Below the pieces are notes generated by a model. The model saw only the letters and a list, made by a program, of their open reading frames with translations, was not told the DNA's origin and did no database searches. This document shows positions 49,916 to 59,713 of a DNA stretch of 64,000 nt, piece after piece; position 1 is the first letter of the stretch; each line of letters starts with the position of its first letter. Origin of the DNA: a virus. Taxonomy: Duplodnaviria > Caudoviricetes. Location: positions 1 through 64,000 of IMG/VR virus record IMGVR_UViG_3300020414_000007; one strand, written 5' to 3'. The position numbers and the translations under genes were made by a program.

Positions 49916-50994
49916 GATTCATTCAATTCATCAGGGAAGCAGCAGAAGCCGCTAAGAAGACGGCGAAACCTGCAACCTCACCAAAAGGTCAGCGCAAAGC
50001 ATCGGATAAGATAGACGACAAGCATGTTGCTATCACATTCGGGAGATTCAACCCTCCTCATGCTGGGCATGGCAAACTTCTTGATGCAGTCAAGGCGCAT
50101 GGTGGTGACTCTGGTAACTATCGTATCTACCCTTCAAGGTCTCAGGATCATAAGAAGAATCCTCTTTCTGCACAGCAGAAGGTAGATCATATGCGTAAGA
50201 TGTTTAAGAATCACGCAGATAAGATCCAAAATAATGAGGCACATAGAAACATCTTTGACATCCTAAGAGACTTGCATGACGAAGGTCATGAGCATGTCAC
50301 CATGGTTGTTGGTGATGATAGAGTGAAAGAGTTTGAGACTCTTGCCAACAAGTATAATGGTAAGCATTATGATTTCAAATCTATTAATATTAAGTCTGCT
50401 GGCGCTCGCGCTGATGATTCCGACGACCCTATTGAGAATCTTTCTGCCAGTAAGATGCGTGCCCATGCTCAATCTGGTGACCACGATTCATTCCACGCAG
50501 GAATGCCCAAAGGACACGACGTAAAACATAGCAAACAACTGATGGCAGATGTCCTTAAGGGCATGACTCCTCCTCCTAAGAAGAGTAGGAAGAAATCAGA
50601 AGTGCATGAGTCATCTGTATGGGAGTATGCACCTAAACTAGATTTTGAAACCTTTCGGGATTACTACATGCTCAACCACATCTATAAGGTTGGTGCAATC
50701 GTAGAGCATGATGACACTGGAATGGTTGGTGAGATTGTCCATAGAGGACCAAACTATATTATTATGAAAGACGGTATGGGTGGTGAGCATAGAGCATGGT
50801 TGCAACATGTTACTGAAGTTGCAGATCAACCATTAGATCAATCTAACTATTCTGCTGATAACGGTAGTGGAAATGAGTGGAAAGTTGGGACTGATACATA
50901 TAGGAAGGCACTGCAGGACATGACACCTGGTCAGGCAACCAAGAAATTCTCTGCATTCAATGCAGAAATTAGAAAATCCGCTACAAATAAATAG
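49912..50994 (+). CDS. cytidylyltransferase-family (HxGH) nucleotidyltransferase
   Basis: FGRFNPPHAGH, MVVGDDR, SASKMR. Confidence 0.88.
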   Translation: MRFIQFIREAAEAAKKTAKPATSPKGQRKASDKIDDKHVAITFGRFNPPHAGHGKLLDAVKAHGGDSGNYRIYPSRSQDHKKNPLSAQQKVDHMRKMFKNHADKIQNNEAHRNIFDILRDLHDEGHEHVTMVVGDDRVKEFETLANKYNGKHYDFKSINIKSAGARADDSDDPIENLSASKMRAHAQSGDHDSFHAGMPKGHDVKHSKQLMADVLKGMTPPPKKSRKKSEVHESSVWEYAPKLDFETFRDYYMLNHIYKVGAIVEHDDTGMVGEIVHRGPNYIIMKDGMGGEHRAWLQHVTEVADQPLDQSNYSADNGSGNEWKVGTDTYRKALQDMTPGQATKKFSAFNAEIRKSATNK

Positions 50995-51018
50995 TTAATA
51001 CGCAAAACTGTTAAGACG

Positions 51019-51894
51019 ATGACTCTAAACATTAAAGTATCTGCTGCACTTGCTGGCTATAGTCTGAAAGAGCAGTCCAAGATCCTCTCCGCCATTGAGA
51101 CTGGACAGCATTTAGACACCGCTCGCCTGTATGAAGGTGCACTCAAAGTGAAGGCAGCCTACGAAGAGTGGGAGCCTGCTGTTGAAGGATACGCTGGATT
51201 CCCTGTGGATCGTGATGAAATCAAGAAGAAAAAAGGGATGCATGACGACCGTAATGTCGGACGTGTCATCCAATCTAAGGGTGAATCCTATGTCATCACT
51301 GGAAAGAAAGCAGACGGTCGTTACATTGTTGTCGGTAAGAAAGGCGACAAGACTGCTAAGGAAGCAGGTGACATCGGTCTTAACATGCAACGCGAAACAG
51401 TAGGTATTGACATTGAAGATCTCCACCAACAAATGCTTGAGGGTATGAAGCAAGCACGCAAGAATGTGGGTGCAAGCAAATGTTGGGACGGATACAAAGC
51501 AAAAGGCACAAAGACTAAGGGTGGCAAGCAAGTCCCCAACTGTGTCAAAGAAGAGGAATTGGAAGAGCGTTACAAAGGTAAGCATGGTCAGTCTTCTGCC
51601 GAATACAAGGATGATAGATCCTCTGGTGGTAAGATGGTGTCTGGTGACTCGAAGATGAGTGGTGCTGAATACACTCATGGACGTAGAGTTAAGGCAGCAA
51701 ACCCTGGATCTCAACCTGATGAAGGTGGCAAGACCAAACCCAAATCTCAGGGTAAAATGGATCGTGGCACCCGTGCAGATCTTGAGTATCGCAAAGCAAA
51801 CCTCAAGAAAAAGAATGAGGAGTTTATAAATAAGTTGTCTGCCTCGGGACTATTCTCTGAAGCAGAGCTTAAACAAATGGAGGAGATGGAATGA
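51019..51894 (+). CDS. Lys/Gly-rich putative internal head protein
   Basis: CWDGYK..GTK.KGGKQVPNCV motif; several x-x-E sites; ATAAATA upstream. Confidence 0.6.
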   Translation: MTLNIKVSAALAGYSLKEQSKILSAIETGQHLDTARLYEGALKVKAAYEEWEPAVEGYAGFPVDRDEIKKKKGMHDDRNVGRVIQSKGESYVITGKKADGRYIVVGKKGDKTAKEAGDIGLNMQRETVGIDIEDLHQQMLEGMKQARKNVGASKCWDGYKAKGTKTKGGKQVPNCVKEEELEERYKGKHGQSSAEYKDDRSSGGKMVSGDSKMSGAEYTHGRRVKAANPGSQPDEGGKTKPKSQGKMDRGTRADLEYRKANLKKKNEEFINKLSASGLFSEAELKQMEEME

Positions 51895-52265
51895 AACCCA
51901 CCAACTCAGCTAACAAGCTACCTACTAAAAAGAAGGGCGGAGTTACCATCAATCCAAAAAAGGAGGACCTTATGTCTGAATCATTTAGAAAACGTTTTCA
52001 AGCAGAAATAGATGCTCTGAAAGAATCTGCCAAGAAAAAGGACAAGCATATCAAAGCCGCTAAGGCAGGTAAGCGTTGGCAAGACTCTGACGGCGATGGC
52101 AAGTGGTATGAGCCAGGTGAAGACGTTAAGAAAGAAGAAGTCTGTGCACCTGCTAAGGTTGACGATTCTGAGTCAAAGCAAAAAGCAAAGGATCGCATGA
52201 AAGCAAAGATGATGCAGATGACTGCTGATCATGATGCTAAGAGACAAGGATATAAAGCAGGCTAA
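51891..52265 (+). CDS. basic hypothetical protein (putative internal head protein)
   Basis: RWQDSDGDGKWYEPGEDV; late promoter TATAAATA at 51825. Confidence 0.6.
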   Translation: MKPTNSANKLPTKKKGGVTINPKKEDLMSESFRKRFQAEIDALKESAKKKDKHIKAAKAGKRWQDSDGDGKWYEPGEDVKKEEVCAPAKVDDSESKQKAKDRMKAKMMQMTADHDAKRQGYKAG

Positions 52266-52305
52266 AAAATGCTATATAGGGTAGAGCTCTTTATAGTATA
52301 GAATC

Positions 52306-52503
52306 ATGCTTAACTTTCTTCTACCCCTCGCATACAAAGTAGTAGACGCTGCTGTTGCTAAGATTCCTGATGACGCAGAGCTTGGTGAGAAACTCATCGA
52401 CCTGTGTCTTCTTATTGTTGGCAAAGCAGTAAAACTGACTAAGACAAGCGCTGACGACGAGCTCTTCGCAAAAGTCGAAGAAGCATTGAAAGCACGCGAC
52501 TAA
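52306..52503 (+). CDS. hypothetical protein
   Basis: Amphipathic helical sequence; hairpin AAGGGGAG..CTCCCCTT follows. Confidence 0.7.
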   Translation: MLNFLLPLAYKVVDAAVAKIPDDAELGEKLIDLCLLIVGKAVKLTKTSADDELFAKVEEALKARD

Positions 52504-52570
52504 TCTTAAGGGGAGTAGTTGCTCCCCTTTATAAATAAAATATAGGAATACAACTTGTCCTCGGAGTAAA

Positions 52571-53416
52571 ATGGCAATCTACGGAACACTTGACGCGAAA
52601 GCGATGGGCACCGCAGTTGTAGCAACTAATGGCGACGCCACGGTTACAACAGCTGGTGACTTCACCGACGCTTCTGATAACCTCGTCAAAGTTGGTGACA
52701 TCCTGGAGCTTTCAGGTGTTGCTTACATTGTCAGAGAGGTTACCTCAGCGACGGCGCTTGAGTTACACACGACATATGCTGGCAGCACTGCAACTATTGC
52801 AGCTGGATCAGCAGTAAGAAGAACTGCACCTAAAGCAGTTGCAGAATTCGTAGTCAAAGGAGGCGACACTCGCTCCCGCGACCTCGTATTCGTTGACACC
52901 ACAGAGCAAGCACTAGACGAGAATAAGTCTCGCGGTATTACTGGTCCTGGTTGGTGGCTCTATGAGACCTATGTCACTCACAATGGTGATACACGTCATA
53001 AGGCTGAGTGCCTTGCATTCGTCCACGCTACTGCTGCTGCAGCAGGTGACGATGCTGATGACACCATCGTGGCAGATGCAGCATCCGCTGTGACTATCTC
53101 TTCTCAACCCGCTGCTTCTACTTCCTCCTCTGGAGCTGGTACGTTTGCAGTCAGCACAAGCACCAGTGGCACACCTGGCACTCTCACCTATCAGTGGCAG
53201 CGTCAAACAGCAAATGCTACTACACGCTGGGTTAACATCAGTGCATCTCTTGACACTGGCGTAACATATGCAGACTTCACTACTGCGACTCTGGCATACA
53301 GCAGTCTCGGTGATGATTCACTGGATGGTTACAAGTATAGAGTTAAGATCACCTCCACAGGTGGCACAGAAGAGATTATCTCTGACGGCGCAGCAACTCT
53401 GACATTCGGATCGTAA
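52571..53416 (+). CDS. virion surface protein with C-terminal Ig-like domain
   Basis: ISSQPA...LTYQWQ...DGYKYRV; late promoter TATAAATA at 52530. Confidence 0.75.
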   Translation: MAIYGTLDAKAMGTAVVATNGDATVTTAGDFTDASDNLVKVGDILELSGVAYIVREVTSATALELHTTYAGSTATIAAGSAVRRTAPKAVAEFVVKGGDTRSRDLVFVDTTEQALDENKSRGITGPGWWLYETYVTHNGDTRHKAECLAFVHATAAAAGDDADDTIVADAASAVTISSQPAASTSSSGAGTFAVSTSTSGTPGTLTYQWQRQTANATTRWVNISASLDTGVTYADFTTATLAYSSLGDDSLDGYKYRVKITSTGGTEEIISDGAATLTFGS

Positions 53417-53436
53417 TAAACAACGTTATATAATGC

Positions 53437-53805
53437 ATGTATTTTGAGTATCTAAACGAGAAGAATCATTTAATGTTTGCAATTAAGCACTACGATAACC
53501 CTCAGTCGGTTACTGTAGATGACTTTATGGAGGACATGAAAAAGTTTAAGTATTTGAAGAGACTCTTCAAACGTTATACTAAAACCCATGTCCTCCGCAC
53601 CAACTTGATTCTTAATCACCTCATCATTCTGTTTAATGTATTCGGTGAAGGCACCATTCCTCTCTTGATGTATAAACTCGAAGAAGAATATTGGTCTATA
53701 TTAAAATCATTTTTGATCTACCTTGATAGGTATCCTGAGATTGCTGGGTGTCTACAACAAGTAGATCCCTGTCCTGAAGTAACAGCAATCTTAGATAGCG
53801 TATGA
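53437..53805 (+). CDS. conserved T4-like hypothetical protein
   Basis: FAIKHYDNP, KYLKRL, ILNHLIILFNVFG. Confidence 0.8.
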   Translation: MYFEYLNEKNHLMFAIKHYDNPQSVTVDDFMEDMKKFKYLKRLFKRYTKTHVLRTNLILNHLIILFNVFGEGTIPLLMYKLEEEYWSILKSFLIYLDRYPEIAGCLQQVDPCPEVTAILDSV

Positions 53806-54185
53806 TTAACGAAGATGCCCCAACAATGAGCGCAGGCACTGGTGGATTCTCTGGATCTGCTAATGCAAGTGGTCCTGTGGCAGGTTTCGATCCTATCCTA
53901 GGAAAGGGTAAGGTGAAGAAACGTAGACGCTATGCTATGAGTAATAAGGAAATGATGAAGACTGAAGGAGCGCAGAAAGATACCTCCTATCTTCCCTTCC
54001 TCATTTCATATGACGGAGCAGAGCAGTATGTGCTCTACAGTAAGTCTGAAGCAGCATTGAAGATAGACCTGCGAAAGATCTACCGTCCAGAAAATTTCAA
54101 GAAGCTTGCAGTCAAGAGACTGTATCCTAATGAAGTCATCCAATTCTATTGGAAGAAAAGACAAGCAGCACTCAGGGCGGAGTAA
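53802..54185 (+). CDS. protein with a gp23-like N-terminal arm
   Basis: MINEDAPTMSAGTGGFSGSANASGPVAGFDPIL versus gp23 LITEAAPTNSLGGTGYSGSSTATGPVAGFDPVL. Confidence 0.75.
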   Translation: MINEDAPTMSAGTGGFSGSANASGPVAGFDPILGKGKVKKRRRYAMSNKEMMKTEGAQKDTSYLPFLISYDGAEQYVLYSKSEAALKIDLRKIYRPENFKKLAVKRLYPNEVIQFYWKKRQAALRAE

Positions 54186-54574
54186 TGTCAGACATCAATA
54201 CTGCTATTATTGAAAGACTAGAAAGAGTTGTTGACTCTTTACAGGAAAACTCTGTAAAGATGGGTCAACTGTTAGCAGTCCATAACGAAAAATTAGATAA
54301 GCAAGATCGTATCGATGAAGTGCTGTTTGAAAAGATCGACAGACTTCATTCTGATCTCAACAAAGACACAGACTCAATCAAGAAAGGATGCGAGCGTGAC
54401 ATCAGACTGATCGATGATCGTCTGAGGATCATGGAGAAAAAGATGTGGACCATCTTCGGTGGTCTTGCAGTCATATCCTTCCTACTATCTGTGCCAGGCC
54501 AGTCCCTTCTCAGACAGTTGACGAATGCCAATGACTCTGCTAACATATCTGCAGAGATTCATTACCTTGCATGA
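54185..54574 (+). CDS. coiled-coil protein with C-terminal TM
   Basis: LLAVHNEKL, TM WTIFGGLAVISFLL. Confidence 0.75.
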   Translation: MSDINTAIIERLERVVDSLQENSVKMGQLLAVHNEKLDKQDRIDEVLFEKIDRLHSDLNKDTDSIKKGCERDIRLIDDRLRIMEKKMWTIFGGLAVISFLLSVPGQSLLRQLTNANDSANISAEIHYLA

Positions 54575-55566
54575 CCGTAGTAGAGGATAAGTTTGTCAGG
54601 CAACTGAGCACACGTCTTCTAAAATTTAAGAATATCCGACCAGGAGTTTATAACTTCCGATGTCCTTATTGTGGTGACTCACAGAAGCACACCAATAAAG
54701 CACGGGGGTATTTTTTTGCGGTCAAAAATGAATACGTTTATAAATGTCACAACTGTGGTAAAGGTGTTGGACTCGCTAACTTCCTAAAAGATAACGCTAG
54801 TGATCTTTACGATGAATTTCTCATGGAGAAATATCGTAACAATCAGACAGGTAAAGGTAGACGGACTGCTAACCCAAAAATTCCATCAGCAACTCCTTAC
54901 TTTGCTAAGAAAGTAACAGACCTTACCCCTATCAATGAGCTAAATAAAGGACATCCAGCGAGAGATTATTTAGAGAGTAGGAAGATTCCCGAGCATTGTC
55001 TTGAGGACCTGTATTATGTTGATAAATTTAAGAGATGGGTAAACACTCAGCGTCATACGTTTGATAATTTACAAAACGATAGACCTCGTATCATCATTCC
55101 ACTGAAGAATAAAGACGGAAAGTGGTTTGGTGTGCAAGGTAGATCCTTGTCTCCTAAATCTAACCTCAGATACATCACGATTCTATTTGACGACGAGGCA
55201 CCAAAACTTTATGGACTTGATAAAATCAGAGAAGGAGCTCCAGTCTATGTTACAGAAGGACCATTTGACAGTCTCTTTATTCCACAGGCGATTGCTATGT
55301 GCGGAGCTGATGTTGATCCTCGTCGTTGGGGTATCAGCAATCCTATTTGGGTCTATGATAACGAGCCACGAAATCAACAAATTACCGATAGAATCAAAAG
55401 AGCAATCGATTCCAACGACCCCGTAGTCATATGGCCAAAGGGTTTGCGCCAAAAAGATATCAATGATATGATACTCGCAGGCATTGATGTCTACAGCATT
55501 ATTAAACAAAACACCCATCAGGGAATATCAGCAAGGATTAAATTTAGCGAATGGAAAAAAGTATGA
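54571..55566 (+). CDS. g61: DNA primase
   Basis: CPYCGDS...CHNC, EGPFDSLF, DNEPRN, KDINDM; promoter TTGACG-17-TAACAT at 54518. Confidence 0.96.
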   Translation: MTVVEDKFVRQLSTRLLKFKNIRPGVYNFRCPYCGDSQKHTNKARGYFFAVKNEYVYKCHNCGKGVGLANFLKDNASDLYDEFLMEKYRNNQTGKGRRTANPKIPSATPYFAKKVTDLTPINELNKGHPARDYLESRKIPEHCLEDLYYVDKFKRWVNTQRHTFDNLQNDRPRIIIPLKNKDGKWFGVQGRSLSPKSNLRYITILFDDEAPKLYGLDKIREGAPVYVTEGPFDSLFIPQAIAMCGADVDPRRWGISNPIWVYDNEPRNQQITDRIKRAIDSNDPVVIWPKGLRQKDINDMILAGIDVYSIIKQNTHQGISARIKFSEWKKV

Positions 55567-57866
55567 GTGACATCACAGTCATTAAAAGAGATGGTCAAGT
55601 AACACAACTGGACCTTGAAAAGATTCATAAGATGGTAGAACTTGCTTGCAGAGGACTTGCTGGTGTCTCTGAGTCTGCTGTTGAGATGAATGCCAACCTT
55701 CAGATCTTTGATGGAATTAAGACTGAAGACATCCAAGAGATCCTGATCAAGTCTGCTAATGATTTGATTAGTCTCGATGCACCTAACTATCAATTTGTTG
55801 CTGCTAGACTTCTTTTGTTTGGTCTTCGTAAGGCAGTATATAATGGTCACCCAGACGGTCACCCTACGGTCCTAGAGCAACTAGAAAAGGGTGTGGAGTT
55901 AGGTGTGTATGATAAACCTCTAATTAATGCATACTCTAGAGAAGAATGGGAAGAGATTAACTCTTTCGTAGAGCATGATCGTGACTATTTGTTTACATAT
56001 GCTGGTCTTCGACAGGTCACTGATAAATACCTCGTACAAGATCGTAGCGCAGGGAAAATCTTCGAGACCCCTCAATTCATGTATGTCCTGATTGCTGCGA
56101 CTCTTTTCCAACAATACCCACAGGAAACACGTCTTGAATACATCAGACGATACTACGACGCAATCTCACAGCACAAAATCAACATCCCCACCCCTATCAT
56201 GGGAGGTGTGCGGACTCCCCTTAGGCAATTTGCTAGCTGTGTTCTTGTTGATGTTGATGACACCCTCGATAGTATCTTTAGCAGTGACATGGCTATTGGT
56301 TACTACGTTGCTCAAAGGGCTGGCATCGGTATCAACGCAGGCAGAATCCGTGGTATCAACAGCAAAATCAGAGGCGGAGAGGTTCAACACACAGGTGTGG
56401 TCCCCTTCCTCAAAAAGTTTGAATCAACTGTCAGATGCTGCACGCAAAACGGCATCAGAGGTGGGTCAGCAACTGTCCACTTTCCTATCTGGCACCAAGA
56501 AATAGAAGATATCATTGTCCTTAAGAATAATAAGGGCACTGAAGATAACCGAGTAAGGAAACTTGATTACTCGGTGCAGATTAGTAAACTATTTTATGAA
56601 AGGTTTATTAGAAATGAAAACATCAGTCTTTTCAGTCCTCACGATGTCCCTGGTCTTTACGACGCTTTTGGTACTGATGAATTCGATCAACTTTATGCCA
56701 GGTATGAAGCGGACGACAGGTGTCCTAGACGCACCATCCCTGCTCAAGAACTCATCCTTGCGCTACTAAAAGAAAGAGCAGAGACTGGTCGTCTTTACAT
56801 TATGAATATCGACCACTGCAATTCACACTCGTCTTTCAAAGACAAGGTGAATATGTCTAACCTCTGTCAAGAGATCACACTACCTACTGATCCTATCAGT
56901 CACATCGATGATGAAGGTGGTGAGATTGCCTTGTGTATTCTCTCTGCTATCAACGTAGGTAAACTTCGCACACTCAATGAGTTGGAGAATCTATGTGACC
57001 TTGCAGTGAGAGGACTGGAAGAGTTGATTGACTATCAAGGTTACCCTGTTAAAGCAGCAGAGCGCAGCACACTTGCTCGTCGCTCCCTTGGTATTGGATA
57101 CATCGGACTGGCACATTACCTTGCTAAGCATGGTGAGCACTATGATGATCCAACAGCATGGAGACTGGTCCATGAGTTGACTGAGGCATTCCAATACAAT
57201 CTTCTCAAGGCATCTAATGCACTTGCAAAAGAGCGTGGACCTTGTGATGCATACCAGCATACAAAGTATCATGATGGAATTCTTCCGATCGATACATATA
57301 AGAGAGACCTAGATGAAATCGTAGCACCTGAGTACAAGTATGATTGGGATTCTCTTAGGACTGACATTCAACAATACGGACTACGGCACAGCACGCTGTC
57401 CGCACAAATGCCTTCAGAGAGCAGCTCCGTTGTGTCAAACGCAACCAATGGAATCGAGCCACCTAGAGACTACTTGTCCATTAAAAAATCAAAGAAAGGA
57501 CCTCTTAAGCAGATTGTCCCGTCTTATACATCCCTGAAGAATAACTACACACTTCTTTGGGACTTGAAATCTAACGCAGGATATATTAATATCGTTGCGG
57601 TGATGCAGAAATTCTTTGACCAAGCAATCTCAGGCAACTGGTCATACAATCCAGAGAATTACGACAACAATGAAGTTCCTGTGTCAGTCATGGCACAAGA
57701 CCTACTCATGACCTACAAGTTAGGTTGGAAAACATCTTACTATCAGAATACTTATGACGCTAAGAAGGATCCTGACGAATCACCATCTTCGACCGAGGTA
57801 TTGGATTCATTGATCAACGATCTAATGAATGCCAACGAAGAAGAATGTGACGCTTGCAATGTCTGA
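55563..57866 (+). CDS. nrdA: ribonucleotide reductase class Ia, alpha subunit
   Basis: ATP cone VIKRDG, SCVL, SNLCQEI, C-terminal CDAC. Confidence 0.97.
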   Translation: MSDITVIKRDGQVTQLDLEKIHKMVELACRGLAGVSESAVEMNANLQIFDGIKTEDIQEILIKSANDLISLDAPNYQFVAARLLLFGLRKAVYNGHPDGHPTVLEQLEKGVELGVYDKPLINAYSREEWEEINSFVEHDRDYLFTYAGLRQVTDKYLVQDRSAGKIFETPQFMYVLIAATLFQQYPQETRLEYIRRYYDAISQHKINIPTPIMGGVRTPLRQFASCVLVDVDDTLDSIFSSDMAIGYYVAQRAGIGINAGRIRGINSKIRGGEVQHTGVVPFLKKFESTVRCCTQNGIRGGSATVHFPIWHQEIEDIIVLKNNKGTEDNRVRKLDYSVQISKLFYERFIRNENISLFSPHDVPGLYDAFGTDEFDQLYARYEADDRCPRRTIPAQELILALLKERAETGRLYIMNIDHCNSHSSFKDKVNMSNLCQEITLPTDPISHIDDEGGEIALCILSAINVGKLRTLNELENLCDLAVRGLEELIDYQGYPVKAAERSTLARRSLGIGYIGLAHYLAKHGEHYDDPTAWRLVHELTEAFQYNLLKASNALAKERGPCDAYQHTKYHDGILPIDTYKRDLDEIVAPEYKYDWDSLRTDIQQYGLRHSTLSAQMPSESSSVVSNATNGIEPPRDYLSIKKSKKGPLKQIVPSYTSLKNNYTLLWDLKSNAGYINIVAVMQKFFDQAISGNWSYNPENYDNNEVPVSVMAQDLLMTYKLGWKTSYYQNTYDAKKDPDESPSSTEVLDSLINDLMNANEEECDACNV

Positions 57867-58047
57867 GCGACAAGTCACAATCACTCTAAGCAAGTCACTC
57901 CAAGAGGATTTCAAATCCTTCTTGGCGTGTTGTGAGTCCTTAGAGGTAGAGCCAAGAATTAACTCTTTTTTATATTATGTCGCAAACTATGGTACCGAAG
58001 GAAGTAATGGGACTGACAGTATTCAACAGCAGAAAGGTGGACACTAA
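57859..58047 (+). CDS. hypothetical protein
   Basis: Overlaps the end of nrdA and the start of nrdB. Confidence 0.45.
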   Translation: MSERQVTITLSKSLQEDFKSFLACCESLEVEPRINSFLYYVANYGTEGSNGTDSIQQQKGGH

Positions 58048-59143
58048 AAAACAACCAATGTTTTTTGGTCAACCTCTAGGTATGCAGAGATACGATGAAT
58101 ATAAGTATCCTGATTTTGATAGACTCACGCAACAGCAACTAGGTTATTTCTGGAGACCTGAAGAGGTGTCACTCCAGAAGGATCGTGCAGATTATAAAAC
58201 TCTTACTGATCAACAGAAGCATATCTATACTTCCAACTTGAAGTATCAGATTCTCCTAGACAGTGTGCAGGGCAGAGGTCCTGGCATGGCATTCTCTCCT
58301 TACTGTAGTCTTCCTGAGTTGGAAGGATGCATGGGTGTCTGGGAATTTATGGAGCAAATTCATTCTCGCTCCTACACTCACATTATCAAGAATGTATACG
58401 CTGATCCATCAGAAGTATTTGATAGTGTGCTAGAGAATGAAAAGATTTTGGCACGGGCAGAGTCCGTCTGTGCCGCCTACAATGATTTTATCACTGTAGC
58501 AACTGAATGGGCAAACAGTAACATGTGGAAACCTGACTGGAAAGAGTCACCCACTTCACAGTGGACACTCAATGATGTCAAGCGTAGACTCTACCGTGCT
58601 GTTGCCAACGTTAACATCTTAGAAGGAATTAGATTCTATGTCTCGTTTGCGTGCAGTTTCGCGTTTGGCGAACTTAAACTCATGGAGGGATCTGCGAAAA
58701 TTATCTCTCTTATCGCCAGAGATGAAGCACAACATCTTGCACTTACTCAAAAAATACTCAAGAAGTGGAGAGAAGGTGATGACCCAGAGATGGAAGTCAT
58801 TGCTGAAGAGGAGAAACAGAATGTAAAACAAATGTTTATCGATGCAGTAGACCAAGAGAAAGAGTGGGCAAACTATCTCTTTGCTGATGGATCTATGATC
58901 GGACTCAACGAAAGACTACTCTCACAATATATTGAATGGGTTGCAAACCGTCGCATGAGAGCGGTGGGTATTCAACCAGTCTACGATATTCCTTGGAAGA
59001 GTAATCCACTGCCATGGACAGAGCACTGGCTAAATAGTCGTGGTCAACAAAATGCTCCTCAGGAAACTGAGATTGAGTCCTATGTCATTGGAGGTATCAA
59101 ACAAGATGTCCAAGGAAACACCTTCGCAGGATTTTCACTATAA
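58007..59143 (+). CDS. nrdB: ribonucleotide reductase, beta subunit
   Basis: FWRPEE, EQIHSRSY, EGIRFY, RDEAQH (alternative start 57977). Confidence 0.97.
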   Translation: MGLTVFNSRKVDTKKQPMFFGQPLGMQRYDEYKYPDFDRLTQQQLGYFWRPEEVSLQKDRADYKTLTDQQKHIYTSNLKYQILLDSVQGRGPGMAFSPYCSLPELEGCMGVWEFMEQIHSRSYTHIIKNVYADPSEVFDSVLENEKILARAESVCAAYNDFITVATEWANSNMWKPDWKESPTSQWTLNDVKRRLYRAVANVNILEGIRFYVSFACSFAFGELKLMEGSAKIISLIARDEAQHLALTQKILKKWREGDDPEMEVIAEEEKQNVKQMFIDAVDQEKEWANYLFADGSMIGLNERLLSQYIEWVANRRMRAVGIQPVYDIPWKSNPLPWTEHWLNSRGQQNAPQETEIESYVIGGIKQDVQGNTFAGFSL

Positions 59144-59531
59144 GTTTGAGGTAGTCTTCGATAAAGACAAGGAGACGGTACTCCAGAAAATTAAACGGTG
59201 GATCAACAAACAGAAGCCACCCTTTAATACTATTCTGGCATACCTATTCTCTTATGTAGAGAAATGGTATTGGGACGGTAAGGTCCTACAAACAATGGCT
59301 AACGTAGACACACAAATCGAAGATTATCATGCTAACCTAGATGAAAAGAAACCGAAACCGATTTACCGCGAAAGGGAATCGGAAGTGGAAGGTCTCAAGG
59401 AGATGGAAATCATCTCGCCATACTCACGACGAGTCGAGGGTGATTGGCTTGCTGAAGACCCCAACAGCTGGTATTACGGACCACTTGAATTTTTTGAGGA
59501 AACTCAAGAAGGAACTAAAGGAGAAACCTGA
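59106..59531 (+). CDS. hypothetical protein
   Basis: Open frame overlapping the end of nrdB; start uncertain. Confidence 0.5.
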   Translation: MSKETPSQDFHYKFEVVFDKDKETVLQKIKRWINKQKPPFNTILAYLFSYVEKWYWDGKVLQTMANVDTQIEDYHANLDEKKPKPIYRERESEVEGLKEMEIISPYSRRVEGDWLAEDPNSWYYGPLEFFEETQEGTKGET

Positions 59532-59654
59532 TGAAAGATACACTTACCGATCAGATAAAGCGCCTCCAACAGGAGGAAACCATCTATCGGGAGATGCAAA
59601 ACTTCCCCGCCGCAAGGGCGGTAAGAAGAGAAATTGAAACTCTACAGAAAAAAG

Positions 59655-59707
59655 TGTAACAAAGAATACATTATAACCTTATAAATAGTAGCAGGATATG
59701 TTATAAT
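59655..59707 (+). promoter_or_regulatory. NtcA box + late promoter + extended -10
   Basis: TGTA-ACAAAGAA-TACA (59655-70), TATAAATA (59680), TGtTATAAT (59699-707). Confidence 0.6.
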
Positions 59708-59713
59708 ATCCTC

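Noticed and set aside
40962-59143. Introns or inteins in g43, g41, nrdA or nrdB
   Set aside because: All are continuous and of normal length, with no intein motifs
59341-59637. ORF overlapping 59106..59531
   Set aside because: The 3' part may be a real small basic gene (GTG at 59440), but the start and function cannot be supported
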